Source of the DNA: a virus
Lineage: Duplodnaviria; Caudoviricetes
Strand: one strand, 5' to 3'
Length of the DNA: 61,263 nucleotides
IMG/VR virus record: IMGVR_UViG_3300032722_000020
Coordinates: 1 to 61,263 of that record
The notes beneath the pieces were generated by a model. The model did not search any database and was not told the origin of the DNA. It saw only the letters and a program-made list of their open reading frames with translations. Below, in pieces: positions 38,103 to 47,254 of this stretch (the first letter of the stretch is position 1; each line of letters begins with the position of its first letter). A program made the position numbers and the translations under genes.

Positions 38103-38360
38103 ATGAACCTTCACGCCAATTCCATTGCCGCCTTTTCCGAGACTGCGAACGAGCGCACCAGCTTGGAAACGCGCATTCTTGAACTAATGTCCGATGGTAA
38201 TCCGCGCACTGACCGTCAGATAGCGCATGAGTTGGGACACCCGGAACCGCTACGGCCAAGAGTCACGACGCTGGTTGAAGAAGTCAAGCTACACGAAGTC
38301 GGTTCAACGAAATGCGAATAGACACACAAGCGCGTCAGATTAACCCGGCGTTTTATTTAA
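38103..38360 (+). pseudogene. Winged-helix protein with internal TAG at 38319-38321
   Basis: TDRQIAHELG..RPRVTTL..EVGSTKCE*THKRV; the frame continues to the TAA inside the first attC box. Confidence 0.55.
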
Positions 38361-38471
38361 CGTCCCTGCTGAGCCAAGCCGGAACGGGAACGCCCGAAAA
38401 ACAAAATGAAGCGACTACCGGCTTTGGCTCCGGCAGGTGGTTAGACCCAGCGAATAACGACAAACAACAAT

Positions 38472-38864
38472 ATGACACCGACACAAACAGTGGCTACGAA
38501 TGAGCGACAATCTGCTATCCTGCCAAACGGTAATAAAATAATAGACTCCGCAATCGCCAGACAGCTTGCCTTGGATTTAGAGGAATGTGGGAAAGCCCTA
38601 AACGCAATGTCGCTTCGGTGTGAAAGGCTTCTGGACGAACGCGCAGAAGCCTATGAGACAATAAACACCCTGCACAATCTTTGCCTGTCTGCTGAAAAGC
38701 GCGCTCTTAAAAAACGTGATGAAGAAATCGCGCAGATAAAAAACGAGCTGCAATACCTCGTCGAAGTCTGCGAAACCAACTTAGAAACAAAAGACTGGCC
38801 GCGATTCAAATATGCCAAACGCATCGCCGCTGGGTCTAACGACAAGCTGACACACGCCGAATGA
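38472..38864 (+). CDS. Cassette hypothetical coiled-coil protein
   Basis: 130 aa; reads through the AAC box into the next attC. Confidence 0.7.
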   Translation: MTPTQTVATNERQSAILPNGNKIIDSAIARQLALDLEECGKALNAMSLRCERLLDERAEAYETINTLHNLCLSAEKRALKKRDEEIAQIKNELQYLVEVCETNLETKDWPRFKYAKRIAAGSNDKLTHAE

Positions 38865-39742
38865 AAAACCATAAAACAACCAGCGACCGAAGCGAACAAC
38901 CGAGCGCGCCCAACGGCGTTGTGTCCAGCGATTTGTTAGACCCCATTTCAATAATCTCGCTAGGTGCGGGTGTCCAAAGCTCGACAATGGCACTGATGGC
39001 AGCGAGGGGCGAAATCGCGCCTATGCCCAAATATGCCATCTTTTCTGATGTCGGCGCAGAACCAAAGAATGTGTATGACTACCTCGACTATCTGGAAAAG
39101 CTGCTGCCGTTTCCTGTGCTGCGCGTGATGCACAAAGACGGGCTGACGAAAGCCATTGAAAAATCTCTAAAGTCTGGGTCTATCTCTGGAAGTCCGCCGT
39201 GGTTCAGTGCTGGCAAGGATGGAAAAGCCGTGCTGCTATCGCGTGCCTGCACGCATGACTTCAAAATACACCCGATACAACAAGCTATCCGGCGACTGAC
39301 GGGTGCTAAGCGTGGAAGCAAGAAAACTCACGCCGTGCTGTGGATAGGCATATCAACTGACGAAGCGCAGCGAATCAAAGACAGCCGCTATCCGCACTAC
39401 ATCCACCGCCATCCTCTAATCGAAAAGGGCATGAGCAGAAACAACTGTCTGGCATGGATGGAACGGAATGGCTACCAGCAACCGCCTAAATCTTCGTGCG
39501 TGTATTGCCCGTTTCACTCTAACCCGCACTGGCGGCAAATCAAAGACACAGACCCGGCTGGATGGGCGGAAGCTGTGCGCGTGGACAATCTCATCCGAGA
39601 CGGTGTGCGGCGGAATGGAAAGCCGCCAATGTATGCTCACCGCTCACTAAAACCACTAAACGAAATAGACCTGACAACTGACCTCGACCGTGGCCAAGAA
39701 CTACTCTGGGGAAACGAGTGTGAGGGGATGTGTGGGGTCTAA
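38861..39742 (+). CDS. PAPS reductase / PP-loop family protein (cassette)
   Basis: SLGAGVQSS, DVGAE, CTHDFKI, IGISTDE, PPKSSCVYCPF, ECEGMCGV. Confidence 0.85.
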   Translation: MKNHKTTSDRSEQPSAPNGVVSSDLLDPISIISLGAGVQSSTMALMAARGEIAPMPKYAIFSDVGAEPKNVYDYLDYLEKLLPFPVLRVMHKDGLTKAIEKSLKSGSISGSPPWFSAGKDGKAVLLSRACTHDFKIHPIQQAIRRLTGAKRGSKKTHAVLWIGISTDEAQRIKDSRYPHYIHRHPLIEKGMSRNNCLAWMERNGYQQPPKSSCVYCPFHSNPHWRQIKDTDPAGWAEAVRVDNLIRDGVRRNGKPPMYAHRSLKPLNEIDLTTDLDRGQELLWGNECEGMCGV

Positions 39743-39774
39743 CGTGGGCGCTGAGCCGCCCCGGAAAGAAAACC

Positions 39775-40362
39775 ATGAATGAACCAAAGACCGAAGCGAT
39801 AAACGACACGCGCCAACCGGGGTTGGCTCCAGCAACTTGTTATGCTTCCCTGCCGCCAATCCTGGACGCTTGTTGTGGAGGCCGGCAATTCTGGTTCGAC
39901 AAGGAAAACCCGAACGTGCTTTTTGCTGACTGCCGCGTGATGCCTGACAAGGTGGTCGGGAGCGGCAAGGATGCCCGCACGCGCCGCTGCCTGCCGGATC
40001 GTGTCCACGACTTCCGCGCAATGGAATATCCCGACGAGACTTTTCAAATGGTCGTGTTCGACCCGCCGCATCTATTCCTCGGCGAGAATAGCTTCATGGC
40101 TCAAAGCTACGGGCGGCTGGACCGCGAAACGTGGCGCGATGATTTGAGCCGTGGCTTCGCCGAGTGCTTCCGAGTCTTGAAGCCCGGCGGCGTGCTTATC
40201 TTCAAGTGGAATGAATGCGACGTGCCACTTGCGGAAATTCTAAAACTCACGCCGCACAAACCGCTGTTCGGTCATCCGAGCGGCAAAGCACAGAAAACGC
40301 ACTGGTGCGCGTTCTGGAAGCATAACGCTCCGGCTCACCGGCCGGCGCGAGAACAAGAATAA
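39775..40362 (+). CDS. SAM-dependent (DNA adenine) methyltransferase (cassette)
   Basis: ILDACCGGRQFW, VVFDPPHL, ECFRVLKPGGVLIFKW. Confidence 0.88.
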   Translation: MNEPKTEAINDTRQPGLAPATCYASLPPILDACCGGRQFWFDKENPNVLFADCRVMPDKVVGSGKDARTRRCLPDRVHDFRAMEYPDETFQMVVFDPPHLFLGENSFMAQSYGRLDRETWRDDLSRGFAECFRVLKPGGVLIFKWNECDVPLAEILKLTPHKPLFGHPSGKAQKTHWCAFWKHNAPAHRPAREQE

Positions 40363-40366
40363 CGCT

Positions 40367-40645
40367 ATGACTACTCAATCAACGTCCGAACAGCCAGCGC
40401 CCGCGCCGGTTCGCGTGCAGCCGGTGGTTAGAGCGCGATACCGTGTCTCTGACTGGATAAACACCAACACCATGCAGCCGGTCTTCGGCATCCAACACAA
40501 CAAGGAGCGGGGCAAGTGGGTGAACTGTGCGGTGGACGGCACGGCGCTGCTCTACACTAAACGCGAAACCGCCGAGAGACACTGCCGCTGGCTGAATGAC
40601 CCGAAAGGCACTGCGCCGGAATGGTCACAAGACTCAGCGCTCTAA
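40367..40645 (+). CDS. Cassette hypothetical protein
   Basis: Starts inside attC; its stop codon is the TAA of the terminal TCTAAC. Confidence 0.7.
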   Translation: MTTQSTSEQPAPAPVRVQPVVRARYRVSDWINTNTMQPVFGIQHNKERGKWVNCAVDGTALLYTKRETAERHCRWLNDPKGTAPEWSQDSAL

Positions 40646-40679
40646 CAGTTAATTCAATCAACAGAGTTGCTATTATCAC
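40640..40679 (-). other. Putative attI
   Basis: Minus strand ...TTGAATTAACTG|TTAGAGC directly 5' of intI, with no attC hairpin following. Confidence 0.65.
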
Positions 40680-41663
40680 ATGGGGCTTATCCAAAAACTG
40701 AACGATGCGATGATTGAGCAAAGCCTTGCGCGCTCAACTATGCAAGGCTACCGCTTTTGGAATCGCAAGTTCTATGGCTATGTGAAGAAACCGGCGAGCC
40801 AATGGCAAGGTGGCGATGTAAAGGCATTTTTACTGTGGTTGTATGCTGAAAATTATTCACCGGTTTCGCGCAAGCAGGCTTTGAATGCGCTGGCTTTTAC
40901 ATTCAAGCACGTTCTCATGGCAGACATGGGTAATTTGGAACTGCCGCCCATGCCGAAGGTGACTCAGACCAACCGGATTTTGCCATCGCCGGATGATTTG
41001 CAGCGCATTTTTGCCCTAATGAACGGTATGCCTAAAACAATGGCGCAACTGATGGCCGGATCTGGCCTGCGCGTGGCAGAGTGTTGCAAGCTGCGGGTGC
41101 AAGACGTGGACATTGAAGCCCGCACGATTCGCGTTTGGTTTGGAAAAAATGACAAGTGCCGGCGAACGATCATTCCTGATTCTCTGGTGCCGAAATTGCA
41201 GCGGCACCTGGCATTGCGAAAGGCACTGCATGACCGCGATCTAGCCGATGGACGCGGCTTGGTGGTTTTGCCGGGACGGCTGGCTAACAAATACCAGCAG
41301 GCTAACCAGGAATTTCGGCAGCAATGGTTTTTTCCGTCCACGAAGTTTCGCGGGCAGTATCGTTGGCACGCGGTTCCTGAATGTTTAGGAAAACCAATGC
41401 GCCGGGCTGTAAAGGCGGCGGGAATATTGAAGCACCTTACCCCGCATTGCCTGCGCCATTTCTTCATCACTTACAGTCAGCGCGTCGGAAATGACCTGAA
41501 AACAGTGATGGAATGGGCCGGTCATCAGAACCCAGAAACAACGATGATTTACACACACCCGGACGCGGCGAACGGGGTTAGTCCGTTGGATTATATGGTT
41601 GCCAGAACAATCATTACAACCCACCCGATGACACCAAGGCGGATTGAATTTCACCACGCATAA
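40680..41663 (+). CDS. intI: Integron integrase-type tyrosine recombinase
   Basis: Catalytic R-K-H-R-H-Y intact (GLRV, GKND, HCLRH, AGH, MIYTH). IntI-specific insertion HDRDLADGRGLVVLPGRLANKY..QWFFPS; N-terminal QALNAL. Confidence 0.92.
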   Translation: MGLIQKLNDAMIEQSLARSTMQGYRFWNRKFYGYVKKPASQWQGGDVKAFLLWLYAENYSPVSRKQALNALAFTFKHVLMADMGNLELPPMPKVTQTNRILPSPDDLQRIFALMNGMPKTMAQLMAGSGLRVAECCKLRVQDVDIEARTIRVWFGKNDKCRRTIIPDSLVPKLQRHLALRKALHDRDLADGRGLVVLPGRLANKYQQANQEFRQQWFFPSTKFRGQYRWHAVPECLGKPMRRAVKAAGILKHLTPHCLRHFFITYSQRVGNDLKTVMEWAGHQNPETTMIYTHPDAANGVSPLDYMVARTIITTHPMTPRRIEFHHA

Positions 41664-41697
41664 ATGTCCACAATCCAGACAGATTTATTTGCTACGC

Positions 41698-42066
41698 ATG
41701 AATCTTCCGATTCCATCACCAACCCTAGCTCGACTTAACCCGCACTTATTTAGCAGTGGTCAGTCCGTTGCTAGTTGCAGCGAACCAGTTACCCGCGAAA
41801 GTGACTTGCATGAATCCATCTTTGCCGAATGTCGGAAACGCGGTTGGATAGTGTTGCACGGTTCTATGTCAGAACGGACGCATCGCACGGCTGGCGAACC
41901 GGATTTTGTGATTCTGGCTAATGCGGGACGGTTGATGTTAGTGGAATGTAAGTCGCGCGGCGGTAAGTTATCGCCAACGCAAAGCGCGATGAAGGCGCAC
42001 GCGGAGAAGTTAGGCCATACGGTTCACGTTGTCAGGAGCATGGATGAATTTTTTAAGATTTTATGA
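41698..42066 (+). CDS. VRR-NUC domain nuclease
   Basis: GEPDF..VECK..GKLSPTQ..VVRS. Confidence 0.88.
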   Translation: MNLPIPSPTLARLNPHLFSSGQSVASCSEPVTRESDLHESIFAECRKRGWIVLHGSMSERTHRTAGEPDFVILANAGRLMLVECKSRGGKLSPTQSAMKAHAEKLGHTVHVVRSMDEFFKIL

Positions 42067-42138
42067 GTGAAAACAAAATGACGATGTTCATTTTTGAAAT
42101 TTACAGTAACTAAACCAACCGAAACCAAAAACAAAAAT

Positions 42139-42948
42139 ATGACAACTGCCATTGCAACTACATCAAAACCAAAAACCGAAACCAAGCCAAACGCGCTCGT
42201 AAGCCTCGCCGCTCGCCTGCAAGTTGATCCCGCCCGCCTGCAAACCATCTTGAAATCTACTGTGTTTGCCAAGGCTAATGATGATGAGTTCGCCGCGCTC
42301 GTTATTGTCTGCCAAGAGTATCGGCTCAATCCACTGCTCAAAGAGATTTACGCATTTCCCGCAAAGGGCGGCGGCATCTGCCCGATTGTCAGCGTTGACG
42401 GTTGGAACAAAATGCTCATCACGCACCCGGAATTTGATGGCATTGAATATGTTCGTGGGGATGATTCCGAAGGCAATCTTCAATCCTGCACCGCGACGGT
42501 CTTTATGAAGAACCGTTCGCATCCGATGGTCATTACCGAATACCTGTCCGAGTGCAAGCGGAATACCGAGCCGTGGAATCAAATGCCGTGGCGGATGCTT
42601 CGTAACCGCACCACCTGTCAGGCCGCGCGCATGGCCTTTGGTTTCTCTGGGGTCTATAATGAAGATGAAGCCAAGACCATCACCGTCGAGTCAACGGTGA
42701 TTCCCAACGAACCGCCGCCGAAGATTATTGCTGCGCCGGCTACGACCACGGCACAAGCCGAACTGGAAGCACTTATCACCGGAGAAGGTTACACCTTTGA
42801 CCATCTGCAAAAGTTCGGGATTGAAACTGGAAACATTGCGAATGCTGATAGCATCGGCGGATTCGATGAAATCAGCACGGACGACGCCAAGCGGTTGCTC
42901 AAAGCTAAGACTGGTTTGTTGAACGGTTTGAAGGCGATTAAGGGATAA
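42139..42948 (+). CDS. bet: Red-beta/RecT-family single-strand annealing protein
   Basis: YRLNPLLKEIYAFP..PIVSVDGW..PW...MLR..QAARMAFGFSGVYNEDE. Confidence 0.92.
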   Translation: MTTAIATTSKPKTETKPNALVSLAARLQVDPARLQTILKSTVFAKANDDEFAALVIVCQEYRLNPLLKEIYAFPAKGGGICPIVSVDGWNKMLITHPEFDGIEYVRGDDSEGNLQSCTATVFMKNRSHPMVITEYLSECKRNTEPWNQMPWRMLRNRTTCQAARMAFGFSGVYNEDEAKTITVESTVIPNEPPPKIIAAPATTTAQAELEALITGEGYTFDHLQKFGIETGNIANADSIGGFDEISTDDAKRLLKAKTGLLNGLKAIKG

Positions 42949-43026
42949 AATCTTACCACAAAAACCGTGAACGCCTGCGGAGAAAGTAATAGGCGTGACA
43001 GCCGGAGAGACGGCAACCAATTTTTT

Positions 43027-43953
43027 ATGAGCGAATCACTAATCATCATGCCGTTGGAAAAGCTGCCGGTGGCGCAAATCGCACCCATCGCAATCCATTT
43101 GCGCGACGAGGCTCTGGCTTCATCCGCACTGATTGGTAAGGTGGAAAACGCCGAGCAGAACAATAAATGTTCCGCCGCCCGCAAGCAAATCAAAGGGCTG
43201 CTATCGCTGTTTGAATCCCAGCGCAAAAAGTTAAAAGAACCAATCTTGGAAGCGGGACGCTACTTGGATCGAATCGTTGCGACTGAATCCGAGGACTTGA
43301 AACGTGAAGATGGCCGGCTGGAAAACTTGGAAAAAGATTTTATCCGTGCCGAACTGCGTCGGAAATCCGAGGAAGAAGAATTGCAGCGCAAGGAACTCGC
43401 CCGTATCGAAGCCGAGAAGCAAGCCGAACTGCTCCGTATCGCCCGCGAGCAGGCGGCGCGCGAGGAAGAAGCGCGACGGGTTGCCGCCGAAGCTGAACGC
43501 ATTGCCAGCGAGGAGCGCGAGGCCGCTGAAAAGCTGGCACGGGAGGCAACCAACAAGAAACAGCGTGAAGCCGCCGAAGCTGCCCGCATCGAGGCCGAGA
43601 AGCGCGCCGAAGCCGCCCGTATTGAGGCCGAACGGATTGCAGAGCTTGCTGCCGAAACCGCCCGCCAGCAAGCACAGTTGGCCGTAGAACGCGCCGAAAC
43701 CGCAACCTATGTCGAATCGCGCCCGGTCGAGATAACACGCGCGAAAGGGCAGTCCGTTCGCAAGGAGTGGGTGATTGAACAAATTAACGACTTTCAACTG
43801 ATGAAGGCGCGGCCCGACCTAGTTCGGAAGGTGGAATGGGATATGGTTGGTTTGAAACAGGCATTAGCCGCTGGTGAGAAGTTGCCCGGTGTCCGCGCCC
43901 GTGAAGATATATCCATTGGAACTCGCGCGGGAAAGGCGCTGATTGAAGTCTAA
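43027..43953 (+). CDS. Coiled-coil recombination-module protein
   Basis: RKKLKEPILE, long E/A/R coiled coil, C-terminal LPGVR. Confidence 0.65.
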   Translation: MSESLIIMPLEKLPVAQIAPIAIHLRDEALASSALIGKVENAEQNNKCSAARKQIKGLLSLFESQRKKLKEPILEAGRYLDRIVATESEDLKREDGRLENLEKDFIRAELRRKSEEEELQRKELARIEAEKQAELLRIAREQAAREEEARRVAAEAERIASEEREAAEKLAREATNKKQREAAEAARIEAEKRAEAARIEAERIAELAAETARQQAQLAVERAETATYVESRPVEITRAKGQSVRKEWVIEQINDFQLMKARPDLVRKVEWDMVGLKQALAAGEKLPGVRAREDISIGTRAGKALIEV

Positions 43954-43957
43954 TCCC

Positions 43958-44188
43958 ATGACCATCAAGACCCACATCGAATTAGAAGTGGAAGTAGCGT
44001 TCGACTATGTAAAAGAAGAACGCGAAACCCGTAACTGCCCCGGATCGCCGGAGAGTATTGAAATTACTTCCGTCACCATTTTACAAAACGGGGCGGAATT
44101 GACGTTGACACCACAACAGTCATATCAGGTCGAAACCGATTTCTGGGATGCGTTGGAAAAGATGAGGAAAGAACCAGTTGAACCATGA
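43958..44188 (+). CDS. Hypothetical acidic protein
   Basis: 76-aa ORF containing CPGSPESIEITSV. Confidence 0.65.
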   Translation: MTIKTHIELEVEVAFDYVKEERETRNCPGSPESIEITSVTILQNGAELTLTPQQSYQVETDFWDALEKMRKEPVEP

Positions 44189-44228
44189 ATTTTAACCGAC
44201 AAAACATAATGCACAAGGAGGCTTCAAT

Positions 44229-44894
44229 ATGAAGCCAGACGCCTTTATGCCGCTTTACGGCGACGACTTCATCAGCGCGGTAAAGATGCTGCCAAAGGAT
44301 GTCAAATGGATTTACCTTGAATGCTGCTGGCATTACTGGTCGCACACGCATTGCGAAGGATTGCCCGATGACGATTCCCTGTTACAGGAACTGTCACAGG
44401 TTCAGTTACCAGATGTGTGGCGCAGGGTGAAACAGCTTGTGTTCGACAACGACAAGTTCTTTGTTTTGGACGGCGGCAAGTGGCATCAAAAGCGTTGCCG
44501 CGAGCTATATCTAACAGCTAAAGAGGCTTACGCCAAAAAGGTTCGCCAAACATCCGCTGCTAGGGCTGCTGTTACAAAGACTGTTACAGGCTCTGTTACA
44601 GTCCGCAAACTAAAACCAGAACCAGAGTTAATAGAAGATAAGACTAATGGGCTTCGCCCAATAGCTTTCAATGGAAGGCTTTCACCGATACAGGCCGCAA
44701 CCGCCACCAGATTCGCTTCTGTGCTTGGATGTCAATGGGATCAAGGAAATGGAAGAAAATGGATGAAGCGGTGCAGAGACGAAAGAATTAGGGCAGAGCG
44801 AGTCATTAGCGAAGTGGAAAATGCAATTAAGGAAAACCGGGTTAAAACCACGCCCGCGCAATACGCGGAGCAGATTTGGAAGGAGTTTGTATGA
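44229..44894 (+). CDS. Replication initiator-like protein (YdaU/DUF1376)
   Basis: FMPLYGDDF..Y....HYW..GLPDDD..WHQKR. Confidence 0.8.
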   Translation: MKPDAFMPLYGDDFISAVKMLPKDVKWIYLECCWHYWSHTHCEGLPDDDSLLQELSQVQLPDVWRRVKQLVFDNDKFFVLDGGKWHQKRCRELYLTAKEAYAKKVRQTSAARAAVTKTVTGSVTVRKLKPEPELIEDKTNGLRPIAFNGRLSPIQAATATRFASVLGCQWDQGNGRKWMKRCRDERIRAERVISEVENAIKENRVKTTPAQYAEQIWKEFV

Positions 44895-45079
44895 GAAAAA
44901 TGACGCAAGATCAAATGGAACTTTTCAAAAAAGTATGTTTGCAGAAAAACCATGAGCAGTTTTAGGCGGCTTGTGAATCAGTAAAAGAAAACGGTGAATA
45001 TCCTATTGATTGGTTTTCAATCGTCCGACAGTCAGGCATGGCTGACTTCTACTACAAAAACAAATTTTCAGAGCTATAA
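44891..45079 (+). pseudogene. Small ORF interrupted by TAG at 44963-44965
   Basis: ATGA-coupled start; frame stays open after the TAG until the TAA before the next gene. Confidence 0.45.
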
Positions 45080-45091
45080 AACAACAACCTT

Positions 45092-45319
45092 ATGATCATC
45101 ACCAACAAACCAAACCTTCATTGCCCGAACTGCTCCAACAAGTTGCGATGGTGGCACGCTACCAAGATGCAGGACGACGAGAGCATTGTTGTTGTGCATC
45201 GTGATTGCAGACTGACAGCCGCACGGTGCAAGTATGTTCGCAACGTGGTGCTTGCGATAGTGCTAGGGCTGGCTAGTGCTGGCGCGGCGGTGATGTTCGG
45301 ACATTTGGCGAGTAAATAA
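45092..45319 (+). CDS. Small Zn-finger membrane protein
   Basis: CPNC..HRDC plus C-terminal TM segment. Confidence 0.6.
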   Translation: MIITNKPNLHCPNCSNKLRWWHATKMQDDESIVVVHRDCRLTAARCKYVRNVVLAIVLGLASAGAAVMFGHLASK

Positions 45320-45330
45320 AAAATAAAAAT

Positions 45331-45507
45331 ATGACTGAACCAATCAAACTCCGGCGTCCGGCGAAATATCTGCACACCGGCAAACATGACTATGATGACG
45401 GCTTCCGAGTCGGAAGCAACTGCGCCAAACGCCGCACTATCCGTGCCTTCAAGCGCGGGCAACGTCGTGAAAGTCTCAAATACATGACTCAAGACGAAGT
45501 GGCCTAA
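45331..45507 (+). CDS. Small basic protein ending in an attC box
   Basis: 58 aa; stop codon within AGTGGCCTAAA. Confidence 0.55.
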   Translation: MTEPIKLRRPAKYLHTGKHDYDDGFRVGSNCAKRRTIRAFKRGQRRESLKYMTQDEVA

Positions 45508-45540
45508 AGCTCCGCATTAGCGACCGCCGACCAAAACGCT

Positions 45541-45774
45541 ATGATTGCAACTGAGACGCCCAACGGCGGTTCACTCGATGCGGTTGTTAGGCATACACCG
45601 TGGACACAAGATGAAGATGATATGCTGCGCTACTGGTATGGGTGCGCGAATGGCGCAATGACCCCATACCGGCACATGGCTGAATATCTGAACAAACACT
45701 TTCACGGCGGCAAACCAATCCGAAAAGTCGGTGCAATAGCTCGCCGCGACGGAAAAATAAACTACGGCAAATGA
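45541..45774 (+). CDS. Myb/SANT-like HTH small protein (cassette)
   Basis: PWTQDEDDMLR..MAEYLN..R; starts inside attC. Confidence 0.65.
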   Translation: MIATETPNGGSLDAVVRHTPWTQDEDDMLRYWYGCANGAMTPYRHMAEYLNKHFHGGKPIRKVGAIARRDGKINYGK

Positions 45775-46049
45775 AATACATAATCGAAACTGGAAATGAC
45801 GGAGGCGCGGCCTCGGTAGTGGGATGGACTCACGACTTCGGAAGTGCCTGCAATGAAGTGGCGCGGATAGTCGGGATTGACTGCTATGTGAAAATCCAGC
45901 CAATCAATCGCGGCAAAAACGGCGCGATATGGAACTTCGTCCATGACGGAAAAACAAAGTGGCTGCGCGTGCTTAAAATGCCCGCTGCCGAAACCTACGG
46001 CGCGATGGATGTATGTTCGCCCGTTCGAGACGCATCGCTGTATGCCTAA
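45771..46049 (+). CDS. Cassette hypothetical protein
   Basis: Second gene of the same cassette; stop codon within GCCTAAC. Confidence 0.65.
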   Translation: MKYIIETGNDGGAASVVGWTHDFGSACNEVARIVGIDCYVKIQPINRGKNGAIWNFVHDGKTKWLRVLKMPAAETYGAMDVCSPVRDASLYA

Positions 46050-46176
46050 CGTAGAAAGCTGAGCCACCCGCGACCTATGACATCCGCCAACCAGAAACCT
46101 TCTCGGTCAACTGACAGCGCCAACGCGGGTTGGCTCCGGCGACTTTTTAGGCCACTGGTATAACTGAAACAAAAAT

Positions 46177-46539
46177 ATGGGATACATATCTGAAACAATC
46201 GGCAATCTGGAACACGAGCAACGGACGGCAAACAAGCTGGCCGACGCGATAGCCCTGCTGCGCGAACTCGAATGGTCGGGATGCGTGAACACCGAAATAC
46301 TCGCGGTGAACACCTGCCCGTGCTGCTACAACTGGAAACCAACAAGCGGTGACGATGATTTCTGGAAAGGCCGCGAACTGCGGAAAGGACACACGCCGGA
46401 CTGCAAGCTTGCCGATTTGCTGAAAGCATCTAACGCGGACATCAGGCGCGGCGACGTGAACCGCGACAGCGGAACAGCAAGCGCCAACGGCGGTTGGCTC
46501 CGGCGACTGGTTAGGCATAGCGATATAAAATCTAAATAA
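46177..46539 (+). CDS. Cassette hypothetical protein (Cys/His motif)
   Basis: LEWSG..CPCC..GHTPDC; reads through the next attC. Confidence 0.65.
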   Translation: MGYISETIGNLEHEQRTANKLADAIALLRELEWSGCVNTEILAVNTCPCCYNWKPTSGDDDFWKGRELRKGHTPDCKLADLLKASNADIRRGDVNRDSGTASANGGWLRRLVRHSDIKSK

Positions 46540-46540
46540 A

Positions 46541-46777
46541 ATGAAAACCGAAACCAAACGAACCGACAAGGAACGCGAGCAACAAGCTGCGACTCCCGAC
46601 AAACCGCGCTCGGCATATCTTGCGCGTAAATTCTTTCCGCACCTCGGCGAATATCACGGACAAGCCTTGGTCGAACAACTAATCCGCGCCGCCGCTATGC
46701 CTAACGAAAAAGCTGACCTACCGCCGACCGGGGCGCGTCAGCCGCGTAGCGGAACTGAAGGCGGTAACGGAGGTTAG
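46541..46777 (+). CDS. Cassette hypothetical protein
   Basis: 78 aa; ends inside attC. Confidence 0.55.
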   Translation: MKTETKRTDKEREQQAATPDKPRSAYLARKFFPHLGEYHGQALVEQLIRAAAMPNEKADLPPTGARQPRSGTEGGNGG

Positions 46778-46820
46778 GTCCGGCGCTTTTTTAGCTGAAC
46801 GTCAAAAAAAACAGAAAATT

Positions 46821-47219
46821 ATGGGAACAAACTACTATCTGAAAACGAATATCTGCCAGCACTGCAATCGCGCTGGAGAAGAAAAACACATCGGCAAATC
46901 TTCCGGCGGCTGGCACTTCGCGCTGCACGTCGAGCCGGAAAATGGCATCGCAACTCTGGATGACTGGAAAGTGCTGTTCGCGCAACCAGACTCCAAAATC
47001 TTCGATGAATACGGCAAAGAAATCGCTGTGGATGAAATGCTGAAAATCATCACCGAACGGTCATGGTGGCAGCGAAAGAACGACTGGAAGAAAGAACAAT
47101 ACGAACAAAACCACGCCCAACCCGGCATCAATGGACTCATCCGCAACAAAATAGAACCCGACCACTGTGTCTCGCACGGCGAAGGAACGTGGGACTGCAT
47201 CGTGGGCGAGTTCAGATAA
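46821..47219 (+). CDS. Phage-type hypothetical protein (cassette)
   Basis: MGTNYY..CQHC..HIGKSSGGW..IFDEYG. Confidence 0.8.
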   Translation: MGTNYYLKTNICQHCNRAGEEKHIGKSSGGWHFALHVEPENGIATLDDWKVLFAQPDSKIFDEYGKEIAVDEMLKIITERSWWQRKNDWKKEQYEQNHAQPGINGLIRNKIEPDHCVSHGEGTWDCIVGEFR

Positions 47220-47254
47220 AGCTCCTGCTGACCTACCGCGCACGTTAGATGCGA

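Larger units (their letters stand above)
38355..40679 (-). mobile_element. Integron cassette array 1: four attC sites/cassettes plus attI-like site, adjacent to intI
   Basis: attC at about 38355-38446, 38834-38941, 39737-39845, 40320-40433. Cassette head/tail sequences are perfectly complementary: GTTAGACCCAGC/GCTGGGTCTAAC, GTTAGACCCC/GGGGTCTAAC, GTTATGCTTCC/GGAAGCATAAC, GTTAGAGCGC/GCGCTCTAAC. Confidence 0.9.

Noticed and set aside
46046-46616. Minus-strand ORFs over array 2 as true classical-orientation cassette genes
   Set aside because: They are translations of attC arms (e.g. PNQSPEPTAVG) and cross cassette boundaries; the plus-strand ORFs show recognisable protein motifs.
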